DNA of 64,000 bases, from the NCBI GenBank assembly GCA_965214605.1, contig OZ243961.1, forward strand, positions 1,536,001 through 1,600,000, read 5' to 3'. This document shows positions 22,091 to 32,528 of this stretch, in pieces; the first letter of the stretch is position 1; the number at the start of each line of letters is the position of its first letter. The DNA is from an uncultured Candidatus Binatia bacterium. GTDB lineage: Bacteria > Desulfobacterota > Binatia > Bin18. Made by a program: the position numbers and the translations under genes. Under the pieces are notes generated by a model. It did no database searches. It worked only from the letters and a program-made list of their open reading frames with translations, and was not told the origin of the DNA.

Positions 22091-22939
22091 ATGAAATTTG
22101 GACTTTTTGGTATCAATATGGGCATCGCCAGTAACCCGGATGTATCCGTACGGGTTGCCCAGGCGGCCGAAGCGGCCGGTTTTGAATCAACCTGGACCGG
22201 TGAACATGTGGTCTTGCCCGACCCCCAAGCACCGCCTTCCCCACTCCCACCCCACCACCCGCTGCTCGACCCAACCGTTGCTCTGGCCTTTATTGCCGGT
22301 CGGACAAAAACGATCAAGCTTGGTACCGGTATTATTATCCTCCCACAGCGAAATCCTCTTGTTCTGGCCAAAGAACTGGCCAGTCTTGACGTGGTATCCG
22401 GCGGGCGTCTCATCTTTGGCCTGGGCATTGGTTATCTCAAGCCGGAGTTTGACGCGTTAGGTATTCCGTTCAGTCACAAAGGTCCGCGCTCAATTGACTA
22501 TTTACAGGCGATGAAAGCCGTCTGGACCCAGGCCAAGCCCGCCCATCAGGGTGAATTTGTCTCGTTTAGTGATATTCAGGCTCGTCCCCAACCGGTTCAG
22601 AAGCCCCATCCGCCGGTGGTTTTTGGCGGCCATACCCCGCAAGCCTACAAACGTAGTGTGCAGTACGGCAACGGCTGGTTTGGCTTTGCCCTTGATGTCG
22701 AGGCCACAGCAAAATGTCTGGAAGGACTCAACCAGGCCGCTCAACAGGTCGAACGCCCCGCCGAGCTGGGCCGATTAGAAATCAGTGTCACCCCCAAGGG
22801 CGAGCTTGATTCAGACACAGTCAAACGCTTTACCGATCTCGGTGTTGATCGGCTGATTCCGTTTAAGGCATCAAAGACCGAGGCGGACTGGATCGATTAT
22901 ACCAAGAAAACGGGCGATGAACTGATTGGCAAGAGTTAA
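22091..22939 (+). CDS. LLM-class, probably F420-dependent, oxidoreductase (Rv2161c-like)
   Basis: GFESTWTGEHVVLP, LPQRNPLVLAKELASLDVVSGGR, PVQKPHPP. Confidence 0.9.
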   Translation: MKFGLFGINMGIASNPDVSVRVAQAAEAAGFESTWTGEHVVLPDPQAPPSPLPPHHPLLDPTVALAFIAGRTKTIKLGTGIIILPQRNPLVLAKELASLDVVSGGRLIFGLGIGYLKPEFDALGIPFSHKGPRSIDYLQAMKAVWTQAKPAHQGEFVSFSDIQARPQPVQKPHPPVVFGGHTPQAYKRSVQYGNGWFGFALDVEATAKCLEGLNQAAQQVERPAELGRLEISVTPKGELDSDTVKRFTDLGVDRLIPFKASKTEADWIDYTKKTGDELIGKS

Positions 22940-22959
22940 AGACACCGGAGAGGGCTGTC

Positions 22960-23736
22960 TCACCGACCGGCCGAAAATTCGGCGATGACCGGTGCGTGAT
23001 CAGAAGCTCCCTTACCTTTGCGTGCCTGGCGGTCGATCCGCGCCCCAGTACAGCGCTGGGACAGGGCTTGGGTGACAAGAATATGATCGATACGCAACCC
23101 CTGATTGTTCTGAAAGGCGAGCCGCCGATAGTCCCACCAGCTGTACAGTTTTCCCGCCTCATGGTGAAGCCGAAACGCATCGATCAATCCCCAGCCACAC
23201 AGTCTCCGGAAGGCGTTCCGAACGCCGGGCTCACACAGCACCGTTTCGGCCCATTCTGCCGGCTCACATACGTCACGATCCTCTGGTGCGATATTCAGAT
23301 CGCCGCACAGGACGAGGGACTCGCCTGGATCGCAGTGCCGTTCAAGGTAGCGCTGGAGCTGGTCGAGCCAGGCTAGCTTGTAGATGTACTTGTTGCTGCC
23401 GACAACCTGACCGTTTGGCACGTACACGCAGATGATTCGCATGGCGGCGATCTGGGCGGATAGAAAACGGGCTTCAACTTCCTCCTCATCGTCGTCAAAA
23501 CGGCGCCTGATATCGATCGGTTCGGCACGGGATATCAGTGCTACACCATTATACGTCTTTTGCCCACACGCCGTGACCTGATAGCCTAGGGCTTCAAAAT
23601 CGGCTCGAGGAAAGACGTCATCGCTCACTTTTGTCTCTTGTAAACACAGCACCTCAGGTTGGTGCGTTTCCAGCCAGGCTAACGCCCGGTCTTTGCGGGC
23701 GCGGATGGAATTAACGTTCCAGGTTGCAATACGCAC
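22960..23736 (-). CDS. xth: Exodeoxyribonuclease III
   Basis: TWNVNSIRAR, LQETK, YVPNG, GDLN, RIDHIL, SDHAPV. Confidence 0.95.
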   Translation of the reverse strand: MRIATWNVNSIRARKDRALAWLETHQPEVLCLQETKVSDDVFPRADFEALGYQVTACGQKTYNGVALISRAEPIDIRRRFDDDEEEVEARFLSAQIAAMRIICVYVPNGQVVGSNKYIYKLAWLDQLQRYLERHCDPGESLVLCGDLNIAPEDRDVCEPAEWAETVLCEPGVRNAFRRLCGWGLIDAFRLHHEAGKLYSWWDYRRLAFQNNQGLRIDHILVTQALSQRCTGARIDRQARKGKGASDHAPVIAEFSAGR

Positions 23737-23831
23737 TGCTCAGTAGCCTAACATGATCCCACTGCAAGCGGAGAGCCGTTCAAAGGGAAAGAGAAGGGGC
23801 GCGGAAGCGGGAGAGTCCAAAAGCAAAGCTC

Positions 23832-25433
23832 CTAGTCTACGCGGGCGGCGTCGGGTTCGGGCAGGAGGGTTCCCTGGGCACCGATCTTGCCATACGTGAG
23901 CCCGGCCAGAGCGGGCACGGCTGCGGCCAGTTCGGAAAAAACTTCACTAATGGAGGTACTATCCGGGCCGTCAAGCTTGGTGCTGAGTAGCGCTAGCGCC
24001 TCCCAGCCCGTCTTGACCCCTCCCGGCGGAGGGAAGGCTTGGCGTAAACGCTGGAGCCGACCGGCATAGTTGATGCAGGTACCGTCAGTTTCAGGAGCCG
24101 TGGCGATTGGCAACACAAGGTCAGCATACTCGGTCGTGTCGCTGTAGTCGGTGTCCAGCAGGATGACCTCGACCTCGGCCAGGGCAGCATCGACCGCCGC
24201 TTTGCCCATGGCGGCGACGAGGTCGGCGCTGAACACAAACAGGACTTTGACCTTGCCCTGGTGTGCGGCGCTCAGAATCTGCTCGGCCTCTCCTCCTCCG
24301 TTTAGCAAGCCCAAGGTTTTGAGGCCGCGCGTGTTGGGGTTCTTATCCGCCCGGATCAGCAGATCATCGTGAGAGGCCTTGTCAGGCGACCAGGATAAGC
24401 CCGCGGCCTGATAGGTCCCCAACTGTTGTTTGAGAATGCGTGATAACAGATAGGCTTCTTCATTGCTGGCTTTGGCCCCGATAATAGCGGCTACGGCCTC
24501 GCTGCCGTGCTCGGTCTGGGCGCGCTTGACCGTCTTAACAAGCTGCCGCATAGCCTCATCCCAAGAGGTCTGACAAAATGCTGTCTCGGCGCGAACCAGT
24601 GGCTGAAGAATACGGCTCTCTTGTTGAAACGATCGGTAGGAGACCCGGCCCTCGTCACACATCCAAAACTCGTTGACCTCCATATTCTGACGTGGCCGAA
24701 AACGATACATCTGGCCGCGGCGGTGGTAGATATCAATATTGCAGCCGGTCTCACATCGGGTACAGATTGATTCGGTCTTTTCCAGATACCAGACGCGGGC
24801 CTTAAACCGAAAATCTTTTGCCGTCAGAGCACCGACCGGACACACATCAACGACATTCATTGAGTACGGGTTCTCTAGCTTTTTGCCGGGGAACAGATCA
24901 ATATTACAGTGATCCCCCCGGTCAAAAATTCCCAACTCGCCGGTCTTGGTAACTTCGTCCAGAAAACGGGTGCAGCGTGCACACAGAATGCAGCGCTCCT
25001 GATCGAGCATGACCTGCGGGCCGATTTCGAGCGCCTTATCTTTTTCGACCTTGGCCTCAAGCGGCATCCGGCTCTTATACGTCCCATAATCCATGTAATA
25101 GTCTTGCAGCTTACACTCCCCGGCCTGATCGCAGATAGGGCAATCAACTGGGTGATTGATCAAAAGAAACTCCAGCACCGCGGCCTGGGCGGCCTTCACC
25201 CTGGGGCTGGTGGTATGGATGACCATGCCCTCGTTTATCCGCGTATTGCAGGCGATCTGCAGCTTGGGCATTTTCTCAATCTCAACTAAGCACATCCGGC
25301 AGTTGCCCGAGATGCTCAGGCCCGGATGGTAGCAATAGTGCGGGACCTCAATACCGAGGCGCTCGGCCGCCTGGATGATGTTGAGCCCATCCTCGAGCAT
25401 AATCTCCTGCCCATCAATCTCAATCTTTGGCAT
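23832..25433 (-). CDS. nuoG: NADH-quinone oxidoreductase subunit G-like (short, 533 aa)
   Basis: CYHPGLSISGNCRMC, HPVDCPICDQAGECKLQ, RCILCARCTRF, CTRCETGC. Confidence 0.85.
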   Translation of the reverse strand: MPKIEIDGQEIMLEDGLNIIQAAERLGIEVPHYCYHPGLSISGNCRMCLVEIEKMPKLQIACNTRINEGMVIHTTSPRVKAAQAAVLEFLLINHPVDCPICDQAGECKLQDYYMDYGTYKSRMPLEAKVEKDKALEIGPQVMLDQERCILCARCTRFLDEVTKTGELGIFDRGDHCNIDLFPGKKLENPYSMNVVDVCPVGALTAKDFRFKARVWYLEKTESICTRCETGCNIDIYHRRGQMYRFRPRQNMEVNEFWMCDEGRVSYRSFQQESRILQPLVRAETAFCQTSWDEAMRQLVKTVKRAQTEHGSEAVAAIIGAKASNEEAYLLSRILKQQLGTYQAAGLSWSPDKASHDDLLIRADKNPNTRGLKTLGLLNGGGEAEQILSAAHQGKVKVLFVFSADLVAAMGKAAVDAALAEVEVILLDTDYSDTTEYADLVLPIATAPETDGTCINYAGRLQRLRQAFPPPGGVKTGWEALALLSTKLDGPDSTSISEVFSELAAAVPALAGLTYGKIGAQGTLLPEPDAARVD

Positions 25434-25440
25434 ACAAACC

Positions 25441-26736
25441 TCACGCAGCCTGAGGCTGCTTGTCAGCCTTTTTCTTCAGCGGACACCCGCCCTCGGTGAT
25501 ATGGGCCACAAATTCGTCGCGGAATTTACTCAGGTAGCTCTGGGTCGGCATGGCCGCGGCATCGGCCAATACACACACGGTATTGCCGGTCATGTTGGTG
25601 CAAATCTGATCGATCAGGTCGATATCGTCGGTCTGACCATTGCCTTCTTCCAGGCGGATCAGCAGCTTGTGCAGCCAGCCGGTTCCCTCTCGACACGGCG
25701 AACACTGGCCGCACGATTCGTGATGGTAAAAACGGTCGATGATTTCAAGCGCCTGGACCATACAGGCGTCTTCGTCCATGACAATGATCCCGGCCGTACC
25801 TAGGAAGGCACCGATCGCCCGCATAGAATCGAAGTCCATATTGACGTCAATTTCGTCCGGGGTGAGGATGGGAAACGACGAACCGCCTGGCATGACGGCT
25901 TTCAGTTTTTTTCCACCCTGAATGCCTCCGGCGTAATCATAAATCACCTCGCGCAGCGACATGCCCATCGGCAGCTCGTACAGACCCGGCTTTTCAACGT
26001 GCCCGCTCACGCAATAGATCTTGGGACCGGGACCGGTCTCCGGACCGATGGATTTAAACCACTCCGGACCATTGTGGATGATGGACGGCACACAGGCCAA
26101 GGTTTCAACATTCTGAACAATCGTCGGACAGCCGAACAGACCGTACACCGCAGGAAAGGGCGGTTTGATGCGCGGATAGGCACGTTTACCCTCAAGGGAT
26201 TGGATCAAGCCGGTTTCTTCGCCGCAAATATAGGCTCCCGCCCCACGGTGAACGTACACGTCAAGATCAAAGCCGCTGCCAAAAATGTTTTTACCTAAAA
26301 AACCACGGGCATAGGCCGCCTCGATCGCCTCGTGGAGACGTTTGGCGCCAAGGGCAAATTCTCCTCGGATATAGATGTACGCCGTATGGGCATTGATGGC
26401 ATAGGCGGAAATCAAAATACCCTCGAGCAAGATGTGCGTATTCCATTCAATCAGCGCCCGGTCTTTGAAGGTCCCGGGTTCGCTCTCATCCGCATTGGCA
26501 CACAGGTAAACCGGTTTATCCGAGTCTTTCGGCAAAAAGCCCCATTTCATGCCAGCCACAAATCCAGCCCCGCCACGACCCCGCAGATTGGAGTCTTTGA
26601 CCTGAGCGGTGACGTCTTGCGGTGTGAGTGTTGTGAGGGCCTTTTTAGCCGCTTCATAACCGCCATGTTTGACGTAGACCTCAAGCTTGCGGACGTCAGG
26701 AACATCGAGGTGGCGCAAGAGTACTCTGTCAGCCAT
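25441..26736 (-). CDS. nuoF: NADH-quinone oxidoreductase subunit F
   Basis: LRGRGGAGF, NADESEPGTFKDR, GAGAYICGEET, ESCGQCSPCREG. Confidence 0.95.
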   Translation of the reverse strand: MADRVLLRHLDVPDVRKLEVYVKHGGYEAAKKALTTLTPQDVTAQVKDSNLRGRGGAGFVAGMKWGFLPKDSDKPVYLCANADESEPGTFKDRALIEWNTHILLEGILISAYAINAHTAYIYIRGEFALGAKRLHEAIEAAYARGFLGKNIFGSGFDLDVYVHRGAGAYICGEETGLIQSLEGKRAYPRIKPPFPAVYGLFGCPTIVQNVETLACVPSIIHNGPEWFKSIGPETGPGPKIYCVSGHVEKPGLYELPMGMSLREVIYDYAGGIQGGKKLKAVMPGGSSFPILTPDEIDVNMDFDSMRAIGAFLGTAGIIVMDEDACMVQALEIIDRFYHHESCGQCSPCREGTGWLHKLLIRLEEGNGQTDDIDLIDQICTNMTGNTVCVLADAAAMPTQSYLSKFRDEFVAHITEGGCPLKKKADKQPQAA

Positions 26737-26918
26737 ACTTTTCGCCTCACTTTATCAGGTGTGCACAAGTCGGAGAACCGGCAACCGCTCGAACCGACTA
26801 CAGATTCGGCATCTCAAGCGTCGTGAGGAGGATAGCGGCCCCGATTTTCGGTGTCAACGGAGGAAGACAGCCCCCGTCATTTACATTTTCCGCCGCCTCT
26901 GGTTTAACAGCCGGCCAT

Positions 26919-27491
26919 ATGACTGAACAACTCAGCCTGTGGATCCATCTGTTGGCAACCACCGTTTTTGTGGGGAGCGCCGTCAGCGTGCTTGTCGTAC
27001 TGATGCCAATGGCGGCTCGGATTTCCTCGCTGAGGGAAAAGCAGAAATTTCTGGCCCAGGGTCTGAAAGCCTATAACCCGCTCAGCATTGGTGCGCTAGG
27101 CTGTATCATTATGACCGGAGCGTTCAACCTGACCTCGTATAAGCAACAGCTTGGCCCTCAATTTTTTGCCCTGCTAGGCGGCGTTTTTGGTCTGAAGCTA
27201 CTGCTCGTCTTTGGGTTGATTCTTATCAATACGTCGGCCACCATTGGCATGGGTCATCGCTTAGTTCGCACTGAGCTACGGGGTGAGGTATTTGATCCGG
27301 AAAAGCTCCCTGGGCTGATCAAACGCATGCAGCTCTTCACCATCCTGACCATAGCCTTGAGCGCCGGGGTGATGTGGGTCTCAATGGAGATGAGCAAGCG
27401 TGTCGAGACCTCGGCAGCCGTGGTGTCACGCTCGCAGGCACCGCTCCCCCAACCCGCAAGGCCGAACTTGGAGACAGGCCAACAAAACTAG
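26919..27491 (+). CDS. Four-TM membrane protein (CopD/DUF4149-like)
   Basis: WIHLLATTVFVGS N-terminal motif; four hydrophobic segments. Confidence 0.7.
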   Translation: MTEQLSLWIHLLATTVFVGSAVSVLVVLMPMAARISSLREKQKFLAQGLKAYNPLSIGALGCIIMTGAFNLTSYKQQLGPQFFALLGGVFGLKLLLVFGLILINTSATIGMGHRLVRTELRGEVFDPEKLPGLIKRMQLFTILTIALSAGVMWVSMEMSKRVETSAAVVSRSQAPLPQPARPNLETGQQN

Positions 27492-27556
27492 TGCGCAAGG
27501 AGTTCTGCTAACACCGGCGAACGGACGGCCGTCACCCGGGCCACGCTAGGTTCGTC

Positions 27557-28378
27557 TTACGAACCAGACCAACGCGGGAGGCGCTTTTCCACAAAAGCCG
27601 TCACACCTTCGGCATAATCGTCCTGTTTAGCCATTTCTCGAATCAGGCCATTGGCGTTCTCAACAGCCGATCTTGCATCACGATGCAGATCAGTATAAAT
27701 CTGCCGCTTTGTTGCCCGCAGCGAGCCGGGAGAAACTGTGGTGATCAGTTTTTGTGTGTAATCATAGGTATGCGGCAACAGCTCATCGGGGGCCAGGATG
27801 ACGTTTACGAGCCCCATCTCATACGCCTCATCGGTCAAAAACACACGGCTTGACAGCAACAAATCGTTGGCCTTGGTCAGTCCGATCAAACGTGGCAACA
27901 GCCACGACAGGCCAAACTCGGCGGGTAGATTAAGCTTGCCGTGCGCCGTCGTCAACTTTGCCCCGGTCACGGCAAAACGCAGATCGGCATAACAGGCCAC
28001 GGCCAAGCCTACCCCAGCCGCCGCACCGTTTATAGCGGCAATAATCGGTTTCGTCATACCAAACTGGTAGGCAAAATCCGCGTCAAACTCCGGCCGCACG
28101 CCATAGCCGGGGCGAGCCATCTCCTCCGGCGTGCCCGGATCATAGCCGCCCTTCTCCACATGACCCTCCAGGGCCCGAGAGTCCGCACCAACGCAAAACG
28201 TGTCACCGGCCCCAGTGACAACAATCGCCCCCACCGTCGGATCTTGCTCGGCCTGCTCCAGCGCCCAGCGGTATTCGACGTGCATCCGTCCGGTCCAGGA
28301 ATTCCTTCGCTGCGGGCGGTTCAGGGTCAGCGTCGCAACCCCGTCCTTGACTTGATAGAGAAGAACCTTCAGTTCCAT
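27557..28378 (-). CDS. Enoyl-CoA hydratase/isomerase family protein
   Basis: LTLNRP, FCVGAD, KPIIAAINGAAAGVG. Confidence 0.92.
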   Translation of the reverse strand: MELKVLLYQVKDGVATLTLNRPQRRNSWTGRMHVEYRWALEQAEQDPTVGAIVVTGAGDTFCVGADSRALEGHVEKGGYDPGTPEEMARPGYGVRPEFDADFAYQFGMTKPIIAAINGAAAGVGLAVACYADLRFAVTGAKLTTAHGKLNLPAEFGLSWLLPRLIGLTKANDLLLSSRVFLTDEAYEMGLVNVILAPDELLPHTYDYTQKLITTVSPGSLRATKRQIYTDLHRDARSAVENANGLIREMAKQDDYAEGVTAFVEKRLPRWSGS

Positions 28379-28410
28379 CTTTGTTTCCTCCCGTTCTCCA
28401 ACAACTGGGC

Positions 28411-29469
28411 TTACACCTCAAGGGCCAACAGCTCGGCTAAGTGTTGATCAATCTGCTCAAGATACGCAGGCTCCAGCCCAAACAGTCCCAAGTGACCGTA
28501 GATGCTGTGGATCACTCGGAACTCGCTGTTGGGGATCAGTTTATGCTCGGCCTCGCAGTCGCGTGGCGGAAAAAACATGTCTTCGTCTATAGGCAGGACA
28601 AAGACCTTGGCGGTGATCCGGGCCAGAGCCCGGCCAAGATCGCCGCCGGTGTGGCGGCTTACATCACCACGCTGCCATTTCCAGGCCATGCATAGCAGAT
28701 TGTTTGGATCCATGGAGAGAAAATAGTTTTCGATGAAGCCGACGACAAAGTCTTCGAGAGACGAAAACCCCAGCTCTCGCCAGGTTTCCCGCTTAAACAT
28801 CTCGGTGCAGAACCCCATGACTCCCCACAGTCCAGCGTGTCGGCGTAAGCCCATCTGCACCGCGTGCGGGTCGCTATACCAGCCGTTGTTCCAGGCCGGG
28901 TCCGAGGTAATGGCTTCGGTCAGGGCTTGAACAAACAGAAAGTCATGTGGAGTGTTTTTGGCCGTGCCGGCCAGGGGTGCGGCGCGTTTGACCATGTCCG
29001 GGTAGCGTACTGCCCACTCGTAGGTCTGCTGAGCGCCCATTGAGCCACCACACACCAGTTCCAGCCGCTCAACCCCGAACTGCTCGGTTACCAGTCTGTA
29101 TTGGGCACGGACATCGTCACTAATCCGGACCCGCGGGAAACGGGCCATATGAAACGGGGGGGGCGTATTTGTCGGTGAGCTCGACAGGCCGTTGCCAAGC
29201 TGGTTGGCGATGATGACGAAATATCGGTCTGGATCAATCGCCCGATCAGGGCCAACATACACATCGGCCATGATCCTGCTCGTGCCTGAGTACCAGGTTG
29301 GCAGCAAGACGGCATTGCTCTTGTCCGCATTCAGCGTTCCGAGCGTCGTATAGGCAAGCTGGCCGCCGCGGATCGTGCCACCTTCTTCCAGCCTAAAGCC
29401 TCCCAGGTCAAAGAACTGGAAAGGGCCATGGTTCTCCTGCGAGTAGTAGGGATTGAACAGTTCGGACAT
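28411..29469 (-). CDS. Homoserine acetyltransferase-like alpha/beta hydrolase
   Basis: LAYTTLGTLN, GNGLSSSP, GGSMGAQQ, D.FFPP, GH catalytic residues. Confidence 0.88.
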   Translation of the reverse strand: MSELFNPYYSQENHGPFQFFDLGGFRLEEGGTIRGGQLAYTTLGTLNADKSNAVLLPTWYSGTSRIMADVYVGPDRAIDPDRYFVIIANQLGNGLSSSPTNTPPPFHMARFPRVRISDDVRAQYRLVTEQFGVERLELVCGGSMGAQQTYEWAVRYPDMVKRAAPLAGTAKNTPHDFLFVQALTEAITSDPAWNNGWYSDPHAVQMGLRRHAGLWGVMGFCTEMFKRETWRELGFSSLEDFVVGFIENYFLSMDPNNLLCMAWKWQRGDVSRHTGGDLGRALARITAKVFVLPIDEDMFFPPRDCEAEHKLIPNSEFRVIHSIYGHLGLFGLEPAYLEQIDQHLAELLALEV

Positions 29470-29506
29470 GGGGTGTCTCCTTTTTTCCTCTCCTGCGTCA
29501 AGCCGA

Positions 29507-30451
29507 TCAGGTCGGAACCCTGCGCAGCTGATAGCCGAAACGCGGAAAGTGTACGGTCACCAGTCCGGTGCGCGCATTGCTGTGCTGAAGCGCCATGCGG
29601 ACCGCATCAATGGAGACCAAGGTGCCGATGCTGGGGTTGGCCTTTCCGTAATCGGTCGGTGTCACCGCGACTGTCTCGCCAAGGGCGGGATCGCCGTCGA
29701 GCGTTTCACTGGGCGGTGGCGGCGGCGGGTCCACCGCCGCCGCTAGGTCTAGAGCCTCAAGAGCACTCATGGGTTGAAAACTGCCGTGTCCCCGGGCCGC
29801 AATACGATCCATCCACTGGCGTATCCGCTCCGGAATAAGCGTGAGGCGTTGGCCCGCTAGCTGATCCATTACCCATAGCGGGTGATAGATCAGACAGTCG
29901 GCCAGCGACATGGCATCGCCACACACATACGGCCGTCCGTCACTTAGCAGGTCGGTAATCCAGGCCAACTGAGGGCGCAGCTGGCTCAGGTTCTTACTTG
30001 CCGCCGCCCGTCGATGAGCCGGACCGGGTTCGGATTTTCCGAGCAGGGCCGCCCGGTCGGCTAAGAAGTCCGGCGTGAAGCGTTCGGCATCGGCGTAGGT
30101 GCACGAGGTGTAGTTGATGGCATGGCGGGTCAGAACGGAGTCGGTCCAGCGTTCTAGGCCAGCAGCAAAAGCCCGCCGGGCCGCCACATCGGGCCCGGGA
30201 TGGACCGGGGGCTCAGGAAAGCGCCGCTCTAGTTCTTCAATAATCCGGACTGTATCGCAGTAGACCTCAGCCCCGATCTGAAGGGCTGGGGCGCGACGGT
30301 AGCCGCCGGTGAGCGGTAGGTAATCCGGCTTGGGCAGGACTGGTGGAATTTCAACAGAGTGCCAAGAGAGTCCCTTGAGACCCAGCACAAGGCGAACCTT
30401 CTCGGAATAGTTGGAGAAGTCGTAGTGGTGCAGAATGAGTTTGGCAGCCAT
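29507..30451 (-). CDS. Glutathione S-transferase family protein
   Basis: LHHYDFSNYSEKVR, LTGGYRRAPALQIGAEVYCDT, VHFPR. Confidence 0.9.
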   Translation of the reverse strand: MAAKLILHHYDFSNYSEKVRLVLGLKGLSWHSVEIPPVLPKPDYLPLTGGYRRAPALQIGAEVYCDTVRIIEELERRFPEPPVHPGPDVAARRAFAAGLERWTDSVLTRHAINYTSCTYADAERFTPDFLADRAALLGKSEPGPAHRRAAASKNLSQLRPQLAWITDLLSDGRPYVCGDAMSLADCLIYHPLWVMDQLAGQRLTLIPERIRQWMDRIAARGHGSFQPMSALEALDLAAAVDPPPPPPSETLDGDPALGETVAVTPTDYGKANPSIGTLVSIDAVRMALQHSNARTGLVTVHFPRFGYQLRRVPT

Positions 30452-30764
30452 AGCGCCTCCTTAGCCTCTTCTCCTGGATTTTACCCAGCTTCATCTAGGC
30501 TGCCCTGCTCTCCTCAACTCTGCCCGGAGAGCAAAAGCCACTCGCTGAAGTGTTCAATTATAGTATTCACTTGGGAAGAGTCGTTGACGCGCGCCCCTGG
30601 GGTGTCTCCCCCTTTTTTAGCTATCTTACCCTGTACGACGCTGTAATAACGAACGCCACATTCATCCGTCTCTAGGGTTGCGCTGTGAAGAGCCCGGCTC
30701 GCAGCCTCCATCATCGTTTCAGTTTCTCAGGGCATCCTCTCGCAGGTTCCAGTCGTATGGAAGT

Positions 30765-32489
30765 TCATGTTTCCTCACTTGTGTCCGTCCAAAAGTCGTC
30801 AAATCGGCTGTAGGCAAGAGGGGGACCAAGTCGGAGGATATTGTCGGCAAAATCGATGATTGTGCATTCCGGAGTACCGCCGAATTGAGGGCCGCGGAGC
30901 CCACGGCCGATAATCTGTTCATAAAGCACTTCGCTCGCCGTCGGCCGGCAGAGCACGATACAGTCAACCTTTGGTGCATCAAATCCAGTAGTCAAAACTC
31001 CATAGTTACAGAGAAACTCAATTTCTTGTTTTTTAAAATTATTGATCAGCGCACGTCGGAGAGCGATGGAGGTGCTCGAGGAAACGGCCCCTGAGCTTCG
31101 TCCTTGGGCCGACAGAAGGGCCGACAGGAAATAGGCATGCTCCACAGTGCAGGCATATACAAGGGTGGAAGTACCCTGAGGTAAATCAAGAAGCCTGCTT
31201 ACGATCCGGCGGTTTCTCTCATTGTCAGCGGCCAGGCGCTTTAGAAATTCAGCCGGCAAATCTTTCTCTTTCTCGACCTCCTCGGCTTCCTTATCCGTGA
31301 GCCTGTATTCGCACCCGGACCGACGCAAAATATGGTGTGCTTGAGCAAGAAACCCATGCTTACGAAAATAACGCAGTGGGTACTGCTTATATTCCACGCC
31401 GAGGTCCGGCTTAATCAGATGTGCCTCAAATCGGCCGACAAGCTTCTCCGTGTCTGGACTAGCGCGGCCCGGCGTAGCGGTGAGGCCGCAGATTGGAAAC
31501 AGGTCGCTCCCGCCGCGTATCCTTTCGGCAGCATCCAACAATCCATTGTACATCCGTGAAACAGCGCGGTGTGCCTCATCGATAATCATCGCTCCAGTAT
31601 CGGAAAGAATCCTCTCGAACGACTTGTCGGCCGCCTTGATCCTGCTGTGGATTTGTTGAATGCTCGCCACGACAACTCCACCGCACAGCTCGTCCTCTGG
31701 AACTTCACGACTCCCGAAAAACCGATAGATGCGCAGAGGCCTAACGAACTCCCGCGAGCCCCACATTTGCTCAATGCAGGCAATAGCCTGCTCGCAAAGT
31801 TCCTCGCTCTGTGCCACCCAGATGAGATATTGCCCTTCCGTAAATCGAGGCTGCATCCAGTCGATGAACGCCTCGACGGCAACACGCGTTTTTCCCCCGC
31901 CAGTGGGCAAGGTCACGACGCAACGTGTCCGTGCGCCGTTTTGTTCAAGGACGTCCAACATTCTCGCCTTCAAAATTTCTTGAAATTTGACCAGCTTGGG
32001 AGGGTCTTTTCGTGGAGGGACGTCTTGGATGGTTGGAACCTTGCTCTGCTGTGCAATGCCGGCGAAAATAGGCGGAAATTCAAGCGCATCTACAAAATCC
32101 CTGGCCCAACCCTTGCCTGCGTACCATTTCTTCTCTGCCAGCGGCCTACGCATATGTGACGGAGACGAAATATTCCGATCGCTCGAGTCGTGCCGCTCGA
32201 ACAGCTTTTTCACTTTCTCGTCAGGGAGTTGCTTGAGCAGATGGGACCGAAGTCCGCGAGTATCTTCGTGGCTTCCTCTAAACAATTCCGCCCCATTCCG
32301 ACGAATAAGAAGACGGGCAACCTCTAAGGGGGTTAGTCGGTTGTGTCCAAGCGATTGCAAAATGTGATTCGCCCCGTCACGTTGTTCGACACCGAAAAGC
32401 TTCCCAAGGAGTTGTGGGGAAACCTGGTACTTTGTCACCAACAAGTTGGCGGCGCGCTCAATTTCTTGTTCTGTCGGAAAGATCCGCAC
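30765..32489 (-). CDS. SF2 DEAD/DEAH-box helicase (ResIII-like) with an N-terminal domain of unknown function
   Basis: LPTGGGKT, DEAH, GLTATPGR, LTTGFDAP, QIIGRGLRG. Confidence 0.9.
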   Translation of the reverse strand: MRIFPTEQEIERAANLLVTKYQVSPQLLGKLFGVEQRDGANHILQSLGHNRLTPLEVARLLIRRNGAELFRGSHEDTRGLRSHLLKQLPDEKVKKLFERHDSSDRNISSPSHMRRPLAEKKWYAGKGWARDFVDALEFPPIFAGIAQQSKVPTIQDVPPRKDPPKLVKFQEILKARMLDVLEQNGARTRCVVTLPTGGGKTRVAVEAFIDWMQPRFTEGQYLIWVAQSEELCEQAIACIEQMWGSREFVRPLRIYRFFGSREVPEDELCGGVVVASIQQIHSRIKAADKSFERILSDTGAMIIDEAHRAVSRMYNGLLDAAERIRGGSDLFPICGLTATPGRASPDTEKLVGRFEAHLIKPDLGVEYKQYPLRYFRKHGFLAQAHHILRRSGCEYRLTDKEAEEVEKEKDLPAEFLKRLAADNERNRRIVSRLLDLPQGTSTLVYACTVEHAYFLSALLSAQGRSSGAVSSSTSIALRRALINNFKKQEIEFLCNYGVLTTGFDAPKVDCIVLCRPTASEVLYEQIIGRGLRGPQFGGTPECTIIDFADNILRLGPPLAYSRFDDFWTDTSEET

Positions 32490-32528
32490 CGCAACCCCAA
32501 GTATCGACTTTTATACCTGCCCCTCGCG

